In this document: in pieces, positions 18,102 through 28,694 of the stretch
How the letters are laid out: each line of letters begins with the position of its first letter
Position numbering within the stretch: the first letter of the stretch is position 1
Source of the DNA: Candidatus Woesearchaeota archaeon
Lineage (GTDB): Archaea > Nanobdellota > Nanobdellia > SCGC-AAA011-G17 > GW2011-AR20
NCBI GenBank assembly: GCA_964419925.1
Contig: CAYQPR010000005.1
Coordinates: forward strand, 1 to 40,852
Length of the DNA stretch: 40,852 bases
Direction of reading: 5' to 3'
Position numbers and translations under genes: made by a program
Notes under the pieces: generated by a model
What the model was told of the DNA's origin: nothing
Databases searched by the model: none
The model's input: the letters and a program-made list of their open reading frames with translations, nothing else

Positions 18102-19114
18102 AACCACTTATTCAAATTTTGATTACTTTTAACTTCTTTAGAAACTTTAGAAATTCTTTCTAAATTTTTATTAATTCTTTCTTCATTAAAGTCATGTTTC
18201 TCAACTAAAAGTTCTTTTATTTTATCAACATCGGGAGATTTCCATTTTAATTGATAATTTTTCATCACGGGCATGCTCTTGAATGTAGCATAAACTTGTT
18301 TCCAATTAAATTCAGTTTTTACATTTTCAAATAACTCATCAAAGTTTTTATATTGTTTAACGAGTTTTAATGCCGTTTTCTGTCCAACTTTATGAACCCC
18401 CTCATTAAAATCAGTTCCAACTAAAATCCCTAAAACAATTAATTGATCCTGATTTATTCCTAAATTTTCTAAAACACTTTTTAATTCAATTAATTCTGGA
18501 TTTATATTAACATAAGCTCCCGAAGGAAGTTTTTTTCTTGTTGATAGCGTTAAATTACGAATAATTCTCGGCGCGCCAAATAATAAAGAATCATAATCAC
18601 TGCTTCCAACGAAATCAATATCTCCCCTTTCATTCATAAAAGAGCACTGTGCTTCAGCCTCTGAAGGAGCTTGAATTACAGGAAGTCCTAAATACTGAAT
18701 TAATTCTTTTGTTTCATCAATCATCTCTTTTTTTAACCTTATACTTTGTTTTGAATAACGCAACATCATTTCTTCATCGTGTTCTTCTTTTGCTTTTTCT
18801 AATTTATCTTCTGCAATCTGTTTTCTGTATTCTCTTTCTTCATGCTCTTTTATTTTTAACAATGGAGGTTTACCATCAAAAACAAATGCTAGTTTAAGAT
18901 TCTGTTGCATTAAATTTGTAACTCTTGCAATAACGCCTTGTAAGTGTGAGGTAATATTTTGATTATTATCCATTAAAGGAGTTCCATCAGGCTGTCTTAT
19001 TGAACTTAAAAACTGGTAAAGCATCTGAGAAGCATCTACGGCAATGGTTTTATTTTCCAAATCTTTAAACGAAATTTGTTTCTTTGGAACTAAATCACTT
19101 ATTTGTAAACCCAT
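18098..19114 (-). CDS. fen: Flap endonuclease 1
   Basis: AVDAS...YQFLSSIRQPDGTPL, FVFDGKPP, APSEAEAQ, SSDYDSLLFG, GTDFN, C-terminal PIP box NQNLNKWF. Start ATG 19114. Confidence 0.98.
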   Translation of the reverse strand: MGLQISDLVPKKQISFKDLENKTIAVDASQMLYQFLSSIRQPDGTPLMDNNQNITSHLQGVIARVTNLMQQNLKLAFVFDGKPPLLKIKEHEEREYRKQIAEDKLEKAKEEHDEEMMLRYSKQSIRLKKEMIDETKELIQYLGLPVIQAPSEAEAQCSFMNERGDIDFVGSSDYDSLLFGAPRIIRNLTLSTRKKLPSGAYVNINPELIELKSVLENLGINQDQLIVLGILVGTDFNEGVHKVGQKTALKLVKQYKNFDELFENVKTEFNWKQVYATFKSMPVMKNYQLKWKSPDVDKIKELLVEKHDFNEERINKNLERISKVSKEVKSNQNLNKWF

Positions 19115-19191
19115 GAAGATATTAAACAATAATAATTTATAACCTTTACCAAAAGTCTTAAAAAGATTTGTTCCATCATTAGTTTTAGAAA

Positions 19192-19737
19192 ATGACTAAA
19201 AAGTTTGATTTACAAAGTTTGGTTGGTAACGAAAGTTTAGATACTGAAAAAATCGAATTCTATGAGTCTCTTAGAGAAGACCCATTAAGTCCTGAAGCTT
19301 ATATTATTTCTAGAAAATATGGTCTAGATTTTGGATTAATGAAAAATTTAATTTTAAAATATGAACATAATAAAGTGCTTGAATTTATGGATTTTTATTT
19401 TAATTTCACTAGGGGGAATCTTGTAAATTTTGAAGATTCACTGAACCTTGCAATGAAAAATGGGTTTTCTTATTATCCTAAAGAGATAAGTCAATTAGAG
19501 CAAGAAACTATGATTTCTGAAAATAAATATGGAATTAATCCAATACAAAGAGAAACAGAGTTGGCTTTAAAAAATTCAAATTCTCTTACATTGAAAAAAA
19601 GGAAACGAATTAGGATAGATGATTTAAATTATAGGCCTGAAGTTGAGAGTAGTTCTCATTATTCTGAGCACATGTTTACAAAGATGCTTGATAGAGAGGT
19701 CTCTGAGAATGAAAAAGAAGATTCAAGCGAAAATTAG
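19192..19737 (+). CDS. Hypothetical protein
   Basis: 181-aa ORF with an upstream TATA-like element and no recognised motif. Confidence 0.6.
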   Translation: MTKKFDLQSLVGNESLDTEKIEFYESLREDPLSPEAYIISRKYGLDFGLMKNLILKYEHNKVLEFMDFYFNFTRGNLVNFEDSLNLAMKNGFSYYPKEISQLEQETMISENKYGINPIQRETELALKNSNSLTLKKRKRIRIDDLNYRPEVESSSHYSEHMFTKMLDREVSENEKEDSSEN

Positions 19738-19769
19738 AAAGGTTTAAATTAAAATCAAAAAGTTCTAGG

Positions 19770-20420
19770 GTGATGATTAGAAGTATCAGGTTAGACCATA
19801 AAGGTGGTTACTACAATTATAAAACTCATGAGTTAAAATTAAATAACCTTTGCAATGGTTTTAGTTCTTTAAAAAATTATTTGGGAGAGATGTTTACAAG
19901 ATGTCCGAATGAATATTTTAATTCTGGTCCAAGAAGCTCTAAGCTAAAATTCAAGTTAAATGATTTAAAATTATTTCAAATAACCGGACATGAAGTAAGT
20001 GATTTGGCATCTCAAGGATTAAAATTTAATCAAAATAGATTTAAGGATGCCCACCCAAAAGTTCAAGTTTTTTTATTAGAAAATGATGATAGAACTGTTG
20101 CAATGGAAGTTCCAATATGGATTCACCCTGAAGAATTATTAAAACATAACAAACTTTTCAAAGCAAATTCCCCTTTAACGGGTCATATTGATTTGTTAAG
20201 AATTGAAGATGGAAAAATCTGGATTTGGGATTACAAACCGAACTCTTTTGAGGAAAAATATGCTTCAACACAAACTTATTTTTATGCATTAATGTTAAGC
20301 CAAAGAACGGGGATTAATTTAGAAAATTTTAGATGCGGGTATTTTGATGTTGATTATGCTTACTTTTTTAAGCCAGAATTGAAAATGCTTGAGAATAAAC
20401 CATTGACCGAATTTTTATAG
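19770..20420 (+). CDS. PD-(D/E)XK superfamily nuclease
   Basis: AMEVPI...LTGHIDLL...IWDYKP...QTYFYALML (RecB/Cas4-like motifs I-IV). Confidence 0.8.
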   Translation: MMIRSIRLDHKGGYYNYKTHELKLNNLCNGFSSLKNYLGEMFTRCPNEYFNSGPRSSKLKFKLNDLKLFQITGHEVSDLASQGLKFNQNRFKDAHPKVQVFLLENDDRTVAMEVPIWIHPEELLKHNKLFKANSPLTGHIDLLRIEDGKIWIWDYKPNSFEEKYASTQTYFYALMLSQRTGINLENFRCGYFDVDYAYFFKPELKMLENKPLTEFL

Positions 20421-20473
20421 AAAGATTTTTGAATAAACATTAATTTTAAATACGATCCCTTATTAATCTCTTT

Positions 20474-22840
20474 ATGGTTAAATTAGAATTCTATCCATTA
20501 GATATTGATTACGATAATGATGGATTAATTAGGATTTTAGGAAAGACAAAAGATGAAAAAAGTGTTTGTTTTTATGATGAAACATTTAAACCTTATTTTT
20601 GGGTAATAAATGATCTTGAAAATGCTAAAAAGAAATTAAAAAATTTTGAGGAAGTAATTAAAGCTGAGGAGCATAAAAAATCATTTCTAGGAAAAGAAAT
20701 TAAAGCACTAAAAGTTTTTTACAATAAACCAAATGAAATAAAAGAAATTTTAAGTGATTTTGAAGTTCAAGAAACTGACATTAATTTCTCTAAAAGATAT
20801 TTATTTGAAAATGAAATTTTAATGATGAATTTAACCAAAGTCGAAGGTGAACTTTTAGAAGATGGAAGATATGATTTCTGTATTAAAGGAAAATTAAAAC
20901 AAGATAAAGAAAATTTCTTAGAAAAACCAAAGGCCCTGATATTTGATATAGAAGTTTATGGTCAACATGGTGGTATAGATAAAGTTGAAAATGACCCGAT
21001 AATGATGATTGGTGTTTATGGAGAAAAATTAAAAAAGATAATAACTTGGAAAAAATTTAAAGCTCCAAAATATGTTGAATTTGTTAATTCTGAAGCTGAT
21101 ATGATTCAAGAATTTATTAATACTGTAAAAGAATATTCTCCAGATATCCTGATTGGATATAATTCGGATAACTATGATTTTCCCTATATCAGAACAAGAG
21201 CGGATAAACATGGAATCAATTTGAATATTGGGTTAGATAACTCTAATTTAAAATTTTCGAGAGGGATTGAAACAAGTGCCAAAATAAATGGAATAATTCA
21301 TTTAGATTTATTAAAGTTTATTAGAAAAAATATGGCCGCAAATTTGCAATTGGATTCTTACAGTTTAGATTCTGTTGCCAAAGAATTACTACAAGAAGGG
21401 AAAAAAGAGATTGATTTTGAAGAGATGATGGAAGCATGGGATAAAGATTTAGATATGGAAACATTTTATGAGTATAATCTAAAAGATTTAGATCTAACGT
21501 TCAGAGTTTTTGAAAAAGTTTTTCCTGTAATTTTAGAATTGGTAAAGTTAATTGGAATTCCCATGTATGATTTATGTAGAATAAGTTATGGGCAATTGGT
21601 TGAAAATTATTTAATGAAAAAATCAAAAGAATTCAATGAGATTATTCCTAATAAGCCTGCTTATGGTAAGATTGGTGAAAGAAGATTTGAAACATATCAA
21701 GGAGCTTTTGTAATGGAGCCTAAAGTTGGGTTTTATAATAAATTAGTATTCTTTGATTTCAAAGCATTGTATGCGAGTTTAATTGTTTCTAAAAATATTT
21801 ATCCGGGAAGTTTAAATAAAAAGAACGGATATAAAACTCCTGAAATTATTGAAGACGGTAAGAAAGAAGTTTATTATTTTGATAAAAAAATTGGATTTAT
21901 TCCAGCTGTTCTTAAAGATTTAATCATAAAAAGGAATAAAATTAAAGAATTAAGTAAAAAAGAAAATAATATTACTTTGAAAGCAAGGAGTTATGCATTA
22001 AAAACAATTGGAAATTCTACTTACGGGATGTATGGATTTTTTGGAGCGAGATATTATAGCAAAGAATGTGCTGCAAGTATTACTGCATTTGCTCGAGAAT
22101 ATATTCAAGACACGATGAAGAAAGCCGAGAAAGAAAATTTCAAAGTTATTTATGGGGATACTGATTCTGTTTGCTTATCATTAGGAAATAAAACAAAAAA
22201 AGATGCATTAGAATTCTTAAATAAAATAAATAAAGACTTACCTGAATTGATGGAATTGGAATTGGAAAGTTTTTATGAAAGAGGAATTTTTGTAAGTAAA
22301 AAAGGGAATGTAGCAGGAGCAAAAAAGAAATATGCCTTAATAGACGAAAAAGGAAAAATAAAAGTTACGGGTTTTGAAACGGTTAGAAAAGACTGGAGCG
22401 TAATCGCAAGAGAAACGCAGTTAAATATTCTAGAAACAATATTAAAAGAAGGAAAATATGAAAATGCATTGAAATATGTTCAGGAAGTAATTAAAGATAT
22501 TAAAGATAAAAAAATACCGTTGAAAAAAATGATAATTAAAGAACAATTGAAAATGCCTTTAGAGAGTTATAAAAATTTAGGACCCCATGTTGCGGTTGCT
22601 CATAGAATGAAAAAAATAGGAATGGATGTAAGTCCAGGAGCAAGTGTTTATTTTATTGTAAGTGATGAACAAGGAAAAATAAGAGATAAAGCAAGAATTC
22701 CAAGTGAATGTAAAAGTTATGATTCTGGTTATTATCTTGAAAATCAAATAATTCCAAGCGTAGAAAAGATTTTTGAAGTTTTTGGTATTACAAGAGATAA
22801 GATATTATTAAAAGAACAAAGTAGTTTAGGTGATTTTTAA
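20474..22840 (+). CDS. polB: Family B DNA polymerase
   Basis: ExoI FDIE, ExoII YNSDNYDF, ExoIII YNLKD, polymerase motifs DFKALYAS, KTIGNSTYG and YGDTDS, KKKY, PIP box QSSLGDF. Confidence 0.98.
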   Translation: MVKLEFYPLDIDYDNDGLIRILGKTKDEKSVCFYDETFKPYFWVINDLENAKKKLKNFEEVIKAEEHKKSFLGKEIKALKVFYNKPNEIKEILSDFEVQETDINFSKRYLFENEILMMNLTKVEGELLEDGRYDFCIKGKLKQDKENFLEKPKALIFDIEVYGQHGGIDKVENDPIMMIGVYGEKLKKIITWKKFKAPKYVEFVNSEADMIQEFINTVKEYSPDILIGYNSDNYDFPYIRTRADKHGINLNIGLDNSNLKFSRGIETSAKINGIIHLDLLKFIRKNMAANLQLDSYSLDSVAKELLQEGKKEIDFEEMMEAWDKDLDMETFYEYNLKDLDLTFRVFEKVFPVILELVKLIGIPMYDLCRISYGQLVENYLMKKSKEFNEIIPNKPAYGKIGERRFETYQGAFVMEPKVGFYNKLVFFDFKALYASLIVSKNIYPGSLNKKNGYKTPEIIEDGKKEVYYFDKKIGFIPAVLKDLIIKRNKIKELSKKENNITLKARSYALKTIGNSTYGMYGFFGARYYSKECAASITAFAREYIQDTMKKAEKENFKVIYGDTDSVCLSLGNKTKKDALEFLNKINKDLPELMELELESFYERGIFVSKKGNVAGAKKKYALIDEKGKIKVTGFETVRKDWSVIARETQLNILETILKEGKYENALKYVQEVIKDIKDKKIPLKKMIIKEQLKMPLESYKNLGPHVAVAHRMKKIGMDVSPGASVYFIVSDEQGKIRDKARIPSECKSYDSGYYLENQIIPSVEKIFEVFGITRDKILLKEQSSLGDF

Positions 22841-22841
22841 A

Positions 22842-23759
22842 ATGAATACTTTAAAAGAAGTACAAAGTTTGCTTCTCCCAATTTGGAATAAGATTTATGA
22901 TAAACCTGAATGCCCAAAAAGTTTTATTAAATTAATGACATTTATTATTCCTAGATATAAAGATTCTAATTTTGATGGTTTACTTGGAAAATTAAAGAAA
23001 AGAGGAGTTATTGCATCTTTAAGAAAAACACAAATTGATTTGATTGAAGTAAATAAATTAAATAATAATTTACAAAGACAACTCAGCGAGCTAATTAATG
23101 GTTTTGAGAATAAAGAAGGATATGTTTCTTATGATGATATTATAAGTGAGTCTCATTCCGTTAACTCTGACTTTGCACTAGCAAGAAGACTCATTTATCA
23201 GATGATTGAAGACACCGCATTTATTGATTTTTTGAAAAATAAACTTAAGAATAAAATTGTTGTAGACTTGGGTTGTGGAAGTATTGATGATTCGGTTGTG
23301 CATGTTTTGAAATTTTTAGGAAACTTGGGCATAAAAAAATATTTTGGAGTTGATAAATATTTATATGGGGAACACGGGTACCTAACTCCTGAAGAATTTT
23401 TAAAGGATTGCCTAAAAAAAGAGGATGTGAATCTATCTTTTGAAACTAAACTTATCGGTAAAGATATTCTCTTATTTTTGAGGTCTTTACCAAATAATTA
23501 TTGTAATATTATCTGCTGGAATATTGGAAAAGAACTTATAAGCGGTAACGAGTACAGAAAACAGATAGAAAAAGAAATTATTCGAGTGATTCCAAAAGGA
23601 GGACTTTTGATTACCGATTGTTTTAGTGATTTAGATGAAATATATTATCATAAATATGAAAAGTTTTTAAAACTTGTACGGAATTTTGAAAAATATGATG
23701 AAAAAGGTCTTTTAAAACGAGGTGATTGGGCAATGATTTATGAAAAAATCTCTTATTGA
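22842..23759 (+). CDS. Hypothetical protein with class I SAM-methyltransferase-like domain
   Basis: IVVDLGCG, YFGVD, RVIPKGGLLI. Start is either ATG 22842 or GTG 22830. Confidence 0.6.
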   Translation: MNTLKEVQSLLLPIWNKIYDKPECPKSFIKLMTFIIPRYKDSNFDGLLGKLKKRGVIASLRKTQIDLIEVNKLNNNLQRQLSELINGFENKEGYVSYDDIISESHSVNSDFALARRLIYQMIEDTAFIDFLKNKLKNKIVVDLGCGSIDDSVVHVLKFLGNLGIKKYFGVDKYLYGEHGYLTPEEFLKDCLKKEDVNLSFETKLIGKDILLFLRSLPNNYCNIICWNIGKELISGNEYRKQIEKEIIRVIPKGGLLITDCFSDLDEIYYHKYEKFLKLVRNFEKYDEKGLLKRGDWAMIYEKISY

Positions 23760-23793
23760 ATAAATTTAAATAGTTTCTTTATTAAAAAGTTTT

Positions 23794-24669
23794 ATGGATG
23801 ATTGGCAAAAAGCTGGAAAAATTGCATGGCAAGCATTGAATTATGGGAAAACGTTAATTAAAGTAGATAATAATGTGTTAAAAGTTGTTGAAGTTATAGA
23901 AAATGAAATTAAAAAATTAAATGGAGGATTGGCATTTCCCGTTCAAGTTTCTATAAATGATATGGCGGCTCATTTTACACCAAACGATGAAAAAGATTTA
24001 ACGTTTAAACAAGGCGATTTAGTAAAATTAGATGTTGGAGCTCAAGTTAATGGTGCAATTGGTGACAATGCTTTAACAATTGATTTAGGTCAAAATAAAG
24101 AGTTAAGTAAGGCATCACAATTAGCACTGCAAGAAGCGATAAAATTAGCAAAACCCGGAACGAGGGTTTGTGAAATTGGAAAGGTAATCGATAAAACAAT
24201 AACTGAATTTGGTTTTAAGCCAATTAAAAATCTATCTGGGCACGGGTTAGATTTATATGAACCCCATTCTGGATTAACTATTCCAAATTATGATAATAAT
24301 GATCAACTAGAATTAGAAGAAAATATGATTATTGCTATCGAACCATTTGCAACGGATGGGGTTGGATTAGTTCAGGATGGAAAACTATCAAACATTTATA
24401 AAATTGTGAATGTTAAACAAGTAAGGAATGATATAACAAGAAATGTTTTGAAATACATTATTGATGAATATAAAACATTACCTTTTGCTAAGAGAATGCT
24501 ATTAAAAAAATTTGATTCGTTTAAAGTAAATTTTGCTTTAAGGATGCTTGAAAAAGAAAGTATTTTACATCACTATCCACAATTACCAGAAAAAAGTAAG
24601 GGTTTAGTAAGTCAACATGAATTTACTTTAAGGGTAAAAGATCAACCTGAAGTTCTAACAAAAGAATAA
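23794..24669 (+). CDS. map: Methionine aminopeptidase type II
   Basis: AFPV..SIN..AAH, KLDVG, GDNA, NLSGHG, AIEPFAT, SQHE, plus the type II insertion (TLPFAKR). Confidence 0.96.
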   Translation: MDDWQKAGKIAWQALNYGKTLIKVDNNVLKVVEVIENEIKKLNGGLAFPVQVSINDMAAHFTPNDEKDLTFKQGDLVKLDVGAQVNGAIGDNALTIDLGQNKELSKASQLALQEAIKLAKPGTRVCEIGKVIDKTITEFGFKPIKNLSGHGLDLYEPHSGLTIPNYDNNDQLELEENMIIAIEPFATDGVGLVQDGKLSNIYKIVNVKQVRNDITRNVLKYIIDEYKTLPFAKRMLLKKFDSFKVNFALRMLEKESILHHYPQLPEKSKGLVSQHEFTLRVKDQPEVLTKE

Positions 24670-24694
24670 ATTTATATACTAAAATATTAAATTC

Positions 24695-25132
24695 ATGAAT
24701 ATGCAAACAATTAAAGATATAATGAATAAAAAAGTTCTTCACTTTGATGAAAATGTTTCTATAGAAAAGATTTCTAAGGAGTTTGCAAAAGTAGATATTG
24801 GATGCATTATAATAACTAGAAATAAAAAACCAATTGGAATTATTACTGAAAGAGATATGCTAAAAAGAGTTCTTGCAAAAGAATTAGACATTAGAAAAAC
24901 AAAAGCTAAAGACATTATGACTTCTCCTGTTGATGTCTTAGATCAAAACACAAATATTTATTATGCGAGTAAAATAATGAGGGAAAAAGGATATAAGAGG
25001 TATCCGGTTGTTAAAGGTGGAAATGTAATTGGATTAATAACTGAAGATAATTTAATTGATTACTTTACAGAACAAAGAAAAAAATTTGTATTAAAGAATT
25101 TAAGTAAAAATTTAAGAAAAAAGTATTTATAA
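24695..25132 (+). CDS. CBS-domain pair protein
   Basis: IKDIMNK...GIITERD...AKDIMTSP...YPVV...GLITED. Confidence 0.92.
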   Translation: MNMQTIKDIMNKKVLHFDENVSIEKISKEFAKVDIGCIIITRNKKPIGIITERDMLKRVLAKELDIRKTKAKDIMTSPVDVLDQNTNIYYASKIMREKGYKRYPVVKGGNVIGLITEDNLIDYFTEQRKKFVLKNLSKNLRKKYL

Positions 25133-25136
25133 TAAA

Positions 25137-25337
25137 ATGGGACTAACCGAAGGAAATAAAGTTTTAAAGAAATCGATTGCGGATTTAGAGTTGATTAAGA
25201 AAAATTTAGGTAAAACTGGTTATGGTGATGAACTTAGTTCTAACGGTTATAGTGGACTTGAAGAATTTAAAAATGAATTTACGGTTCTTATTAGCAGATT
25301 AAGTAGTTTTATAAAAAGTTATGGTAAAAATAAATAA
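25137..25337 (+). CDS. Small hypothetical protein
   Basis: 66-aa ORF filling the gap between the CBS gene and the cdc48 stop. Confidence 0.5.
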   Translation: MGLTEGNKVLKKSIADLELIKKNLGKTGYGDELSSNGYSGLEEFKNEFTVLISRLSSFIKSYGKNK

Positions 25338-27632
25338 TTATCCAAAATAATCTGGAACTTCTTTTATCAAACCAGCTCTTGCTTTCTTTAGATAACTGTC
25401 TTCGATTTCTTGATATCTCTCCATGAATTCTTTTCCAGCACTTGGTTTTGATTTAATTATTGCTTCTTCAAAATGTTTTTTTGTAACTTCTTTAGCTTTC
25501 ATATCTTCCCTTAATGCTAAAATACCCGCTTCCCTGCAAACGGTTTCTAGATCTGCTCCGACATATCCTTCTGTTTTTTCTGCAATTTTATCAAGATTAA
25601 CATCTTTTGCTAATGGCATATCTTTTGTATGTATTTGCAATATTTGTAATCTACTTTCTTTATCTGGTGGAGGGACCAATAATACCCTATCAAATCTTCC
25701 TGGACGTAATAATGCTGGATCCATAATATCTGGGCGATTTGTTGCAGCAATAACAACAACCTCATTTAACTCTTTTAATCCATCCATCTCGGCTAATAAA
25801 GTATTAACCATTTGGTCAATAGTTTTATTTCCGATATCTGTTCCCCTTCTAGAAGCGATTGCATCAATTTCATCAAAAAATATAATTGCTGGAGAAGCGT
25901 GTCTTGCTTTTTCAAATATTTTTCTTATTCCTTTTGAACTTTCTCCAACCCATTTATTTAATAATTCTGGACCATTGACTAAAATAAAGTTTGCTTCAGA
26001 TTCTTTTGCAACAGCCTTTGCCAATAATGTTTTTCCTGTTCCTGGTGGACCATATAATAAAACTCCTTTTGGAGGTTTAATTCCTAATCGTTTAAACGAA
26101 CCCGGATGTTTTAATGGCCATTCAACAGTTTCCTTAATTTCTTGTTTTACTTTTTCTAAACCACCGACATCTGTCCAAGCAATATTTGGTTTTTCAATTA
26201 AAACTTCTCTTAAAGCACTCGGTCTTACTAATTTTAATGCGGCATTAAAATCTTCTTCGGTAACTACCAATTTTTCTAAAACTTCAGCAGGTAAATCATC
26301 ATTATCCCCTAAATTTAATTCTGGAAGAGTTCTTCTCAAAACATTCATTGCAGCTTCCTTACATAATGCGGCAACATCAGCTCCAACAAATCCATGAGTA
26401 ATCTCTGCAAGTTTAATTAGGTTAACATCTTTTGTTAATGGCATATTTCTCGAATGAATTTTTAAAATATTTAATCTCGCTTCTTTATTTGGAACACCTA
26501 TTGATACTTCTCGATCAAATCTTCCTGGACGCCTTAAAGCAGGATCAATTGCATTTGGCCTATTTGTTGCACCAATGACAACAATCTTTCCCCTTGATTT
26601 TAATCCATCCATAACCGTTAATAATTGTGAAACAACTCTTCTTTCTAACTCACCATAACTTTCTTCTCTCTTTGGAGCAATTGCATCAATCTCATCGATA
26701 AAAATAATACTCGGAGCGTTTTTTTCTGCTTCATCAAAAATATCTCTAATGCGTTTTTCGGATTCTCCATAAAATTTATTCATAATTTCTGGACCATTGA
26801 CTAAAACAAAATTTGCTTCTGATTCATTAGCAACAGCTTTTGCTAATAATGTTTTCCCAGTTCCGGGTGGACCATGCAATAAAACTCCTTTTGGCGGTTC
26901 GATACCCAATCTTAAAAATAAGTTTGGATGTTTTAATGGCAATTCAACCATTTCACGTATTTTATTTATTTCTTCGCTCAATCCGCCAATGTCCTCATAA
27001 TTTACTTCTAAAATTTTTTCTTCTAAAATTTCAATCGCTTTTGGATTTAATGTTAATTCGGTATTTTCTGTAATTATAACTGCAGAATCTTTTGGATTTG
27101 TACTTGCAACAATAAACCTAATTCCACCTAAACCAAAACCACCCGGAAAATTTTCTTCAAAAATACTTGAAAACATATCTTCAAAAAAAGGTGAGTCTGA
27201 CATTGTTCTGTGTCTTGATTTAACTCCCCCCGGAACTAAAATATCACCTTTAACAACTGCTCTTCCTAACAATGTTCTTCTAAAAATTCTTGGATCAGCT
27301 TTAATCATTACTCCTTTTTGAGCGGGTGCAATAACAATTGATTTTGCTTCTTTAACTTCTGCTCTTTTTATATTAACAAATTCTCCGATAGATGTTTTTG
27401 AATTTCTTCTCATAATTCCATCCATTCTTACAACTTGCTGTCCAACATCGGTTGGATATGCACGATCAACAATTGCGACGGTAGTTCTTCCGCCAGTAAT
27501 AGAGATAACATCGCCTGGATGAACTCCAATTGAATGCATTGTTTCAGAATCTACTCTGACAATACCTTTGTAAGCCTCTTCTTGTAAAGCTTCCATTACT
27601 TTCAATTTTATTTCTTTTTGTCCTTTTTCCAT
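25338..27632 (-). CDS. cdc48: CDC48/VAT AAA+ ATPase
   Basis: Double-psi N domain, two AAA modules ([16 protein letters not shown](R/L)RPGRFDR), C-terminal DYFG. Confidence 0.98.
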   Translation of the reverse strand: MEKGQKEIKLKVMEALQEEAYKGIVRVDSETMHSIGVHPGDVISITGGRTTVAIVDRAYPTDVGQQVVRMDGIMRRNSKTSIGEFVNIKRAEVKEAKSIVIAPAQKGVMIKADPRIFRRTLLGRAVVKGDILVPGGVKSRHRTMSDSPFFEDMFSSIFEENFPGGFGLGGIRFIVASTNPKDSAVIITENTELTLNPKAIEILEEKILEVNYEDIGGLSEEINKIREMVELPLKHPNLFLRLGIEPPKGVLLHGPPGTGKTLLAKAVANESEANFVLVNGPEIMNKFYGESEKRIRDIFDEAEKNAPSIIFIDEIDAIAPKREESYGELERRVVSQLLTVMDGLKSRGKIVVIGATNRPNAIDPALRRPGRFDREVSIGVPNKEARLNILKIHSRNMPLTKDVNLIKLAEITHGFVGADVAALCKEAAMNVLRRTLPELNLGDNDDLPAEVLEKLVVTEEDFNAALKLVRPSALREVLIEKPNIAWTDVGGLEKVKQEIKETVEWPLKHPGSFKRLGIKPPKGVLLYGPPGTGKTLLAKAVAKESEANFILVNGPELLNKWVGESSKGIRKIFEKARHASPAIIFFDEIDAIASRRGTDIGNKTIDQMVNTLLAEMDGLKELNEVVVIAATNRPDIMDPALLRPGRFDRVLLVPPPDKESRLQILQIHTKDMPLAKDVNLDKIAEKTEGYVGADLETVCREAGILALREDMKAKEVTKKHFEEAIIKSKPSAGKEFMERYQEIEDSYLKKARAGLIKEVPDYFG

Positions 27633-27654
27633 GTTAATTATTTAAAACAAAAAT

Positions 27655-28011
27655 TTAATAAATCCTCCTTATGCTCTTTCTTAAAAATATTGATATTTTT
27701 CCAGGCTCTTCTAAGTTTAAATTTATTAGCTTGCTCATTTCTTGATCAAATTCCTCTTCGAAATCAATAATTTCTTTTGGTATTGAAACCGTATATGAAT
27801 TTCCAACCATTCTTAATTTAACATGAAATTCTTTTTGTCTTAATTTTTGAAAGTTTTCGTAATTTTGCTGATCTAAGGGATGTAAGTATTTTTTATTGCA
27901 ATCTTTGCATTCCCAATATCGTAATTTAAATCCGTCTTTAAATAACTCTCCTTTATTTGTTTTTTTATTACAATTTTCACATAATATTGTCGTATTAAAT
28001 AAATCCGCCAT
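27655..28011 (-). CDS. Zinc-ribbon plus AbrB/SpoVT-type DNA-binding protein
   Basis: CENC...CKDC followed by KLRMVGNSYTVSIPKEI. Confidence 0.75.
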   Translation of the reverse strand: MADLFNTTILCENCNKKTNKGELFKDGFKLRYWECKDCNKKYLHPLDQQNYENFQKLRQKEFHVKLRMVGNSYTVSIPKEIIDFEEEFDQEMSKLINLNLEEPGKISIFLRKSIRRIY

Positions 28012-28097
28012 CTTGTGTATACTTGCGGTGTATATTCAAAGTATATAAAGTTTTCGATTTTAAGAAGATATTTAAGATTCATTGTTCACTAACTTTT

Positions 28098-28694
28098 ATG
28101 ATTAATGATATAATAAATCTGAAATCTGGAATTAATTTGGTTTATGGAGAAGGAGCTACAGGAAAAACAACTTTAGCATTAATGCTTGCTTATGAATTTA
28201 GTAAATTCAGCAAGGTAGTTTTTATTGATACTGAAAATGGATTTAGTTTTGATAGGTTTAAGCAGATTTCTGGAGAGAATTATGAGAACTGTTTAAAAAA
28301 TGTTTTATTAATTAAGGCTAAAAATTTTGAAGAACAAATAAGAGTAATAAAGAATTTAGAAAATATTGAAAAAGTTTCTTTAATCATACTAGACAGTTTA
28401 GGAATGCACTATCGCTTAGAATTAAAAAATGATCAAAAATATGCAAATAATAAGATTAGTGAAATTTTTAAAATATTAAAATTAATTAATGAGAAAAATA
28501 TATTTATTTTTTTAACAAACCAAGTTTATAATAACTTTGATAATAACAAATTGGAATTAGTTGGTGGAAAGATGGTTAGAAATCTTTGTGGTTGGATAAT
28601 GAAGTTAGAAAAAAACCCTAGAAAATTAATAAATGAAAGTACAAATAGCGAACATTTGTTTGATATAATGGATTCAGGAATCAGATTGCTTTGA
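28098..28694 (+). CDS. radB: RadB-like RecA-family ATPase
   Basis: VYGEGATGKT, VFIDTENGFSFDR, IILDS, LTNQVY, VGG; no RadA N-terminal HhH domain. Start ATG 28098. Confidence 0.85.
   Translation: MINDIINLKSGINLVYGEGATGKTTLALMLAYEFSKFSKVVFIDTENGFSFDRFKQISGENYENCLKNVLLIKAKNFEEQIRVIKNLENIEKVSLIILDSLGMHYRLELKNDQKYANNKISEIFKILKLINEKNIFIFLTNQVYNNFDNNKLELVGGKMVRNLCGWIMKLEKNPRKLINESTNSEHLFDIMDSGIRLL

Noticed and set aside
19770-20420. Cas4 / CRISPR adaptation gene
   Set aside because: It lacks the C-terminal three-cysteine Fe-S motif, and no cas1, cas2 or array is nearby.
25423-26397. 324-aa plus-strand ORF
   Set aside because: It is the antisense shadow of cdc48 in mirrored frame, with no independent motifs or start signals.
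27120-27235. Phe/Gly-rich insertion in the CDC48 N domain
   Set aside because: Similar loops occur in other archaeal CDC48 proteins, and there are no intein splice residues.
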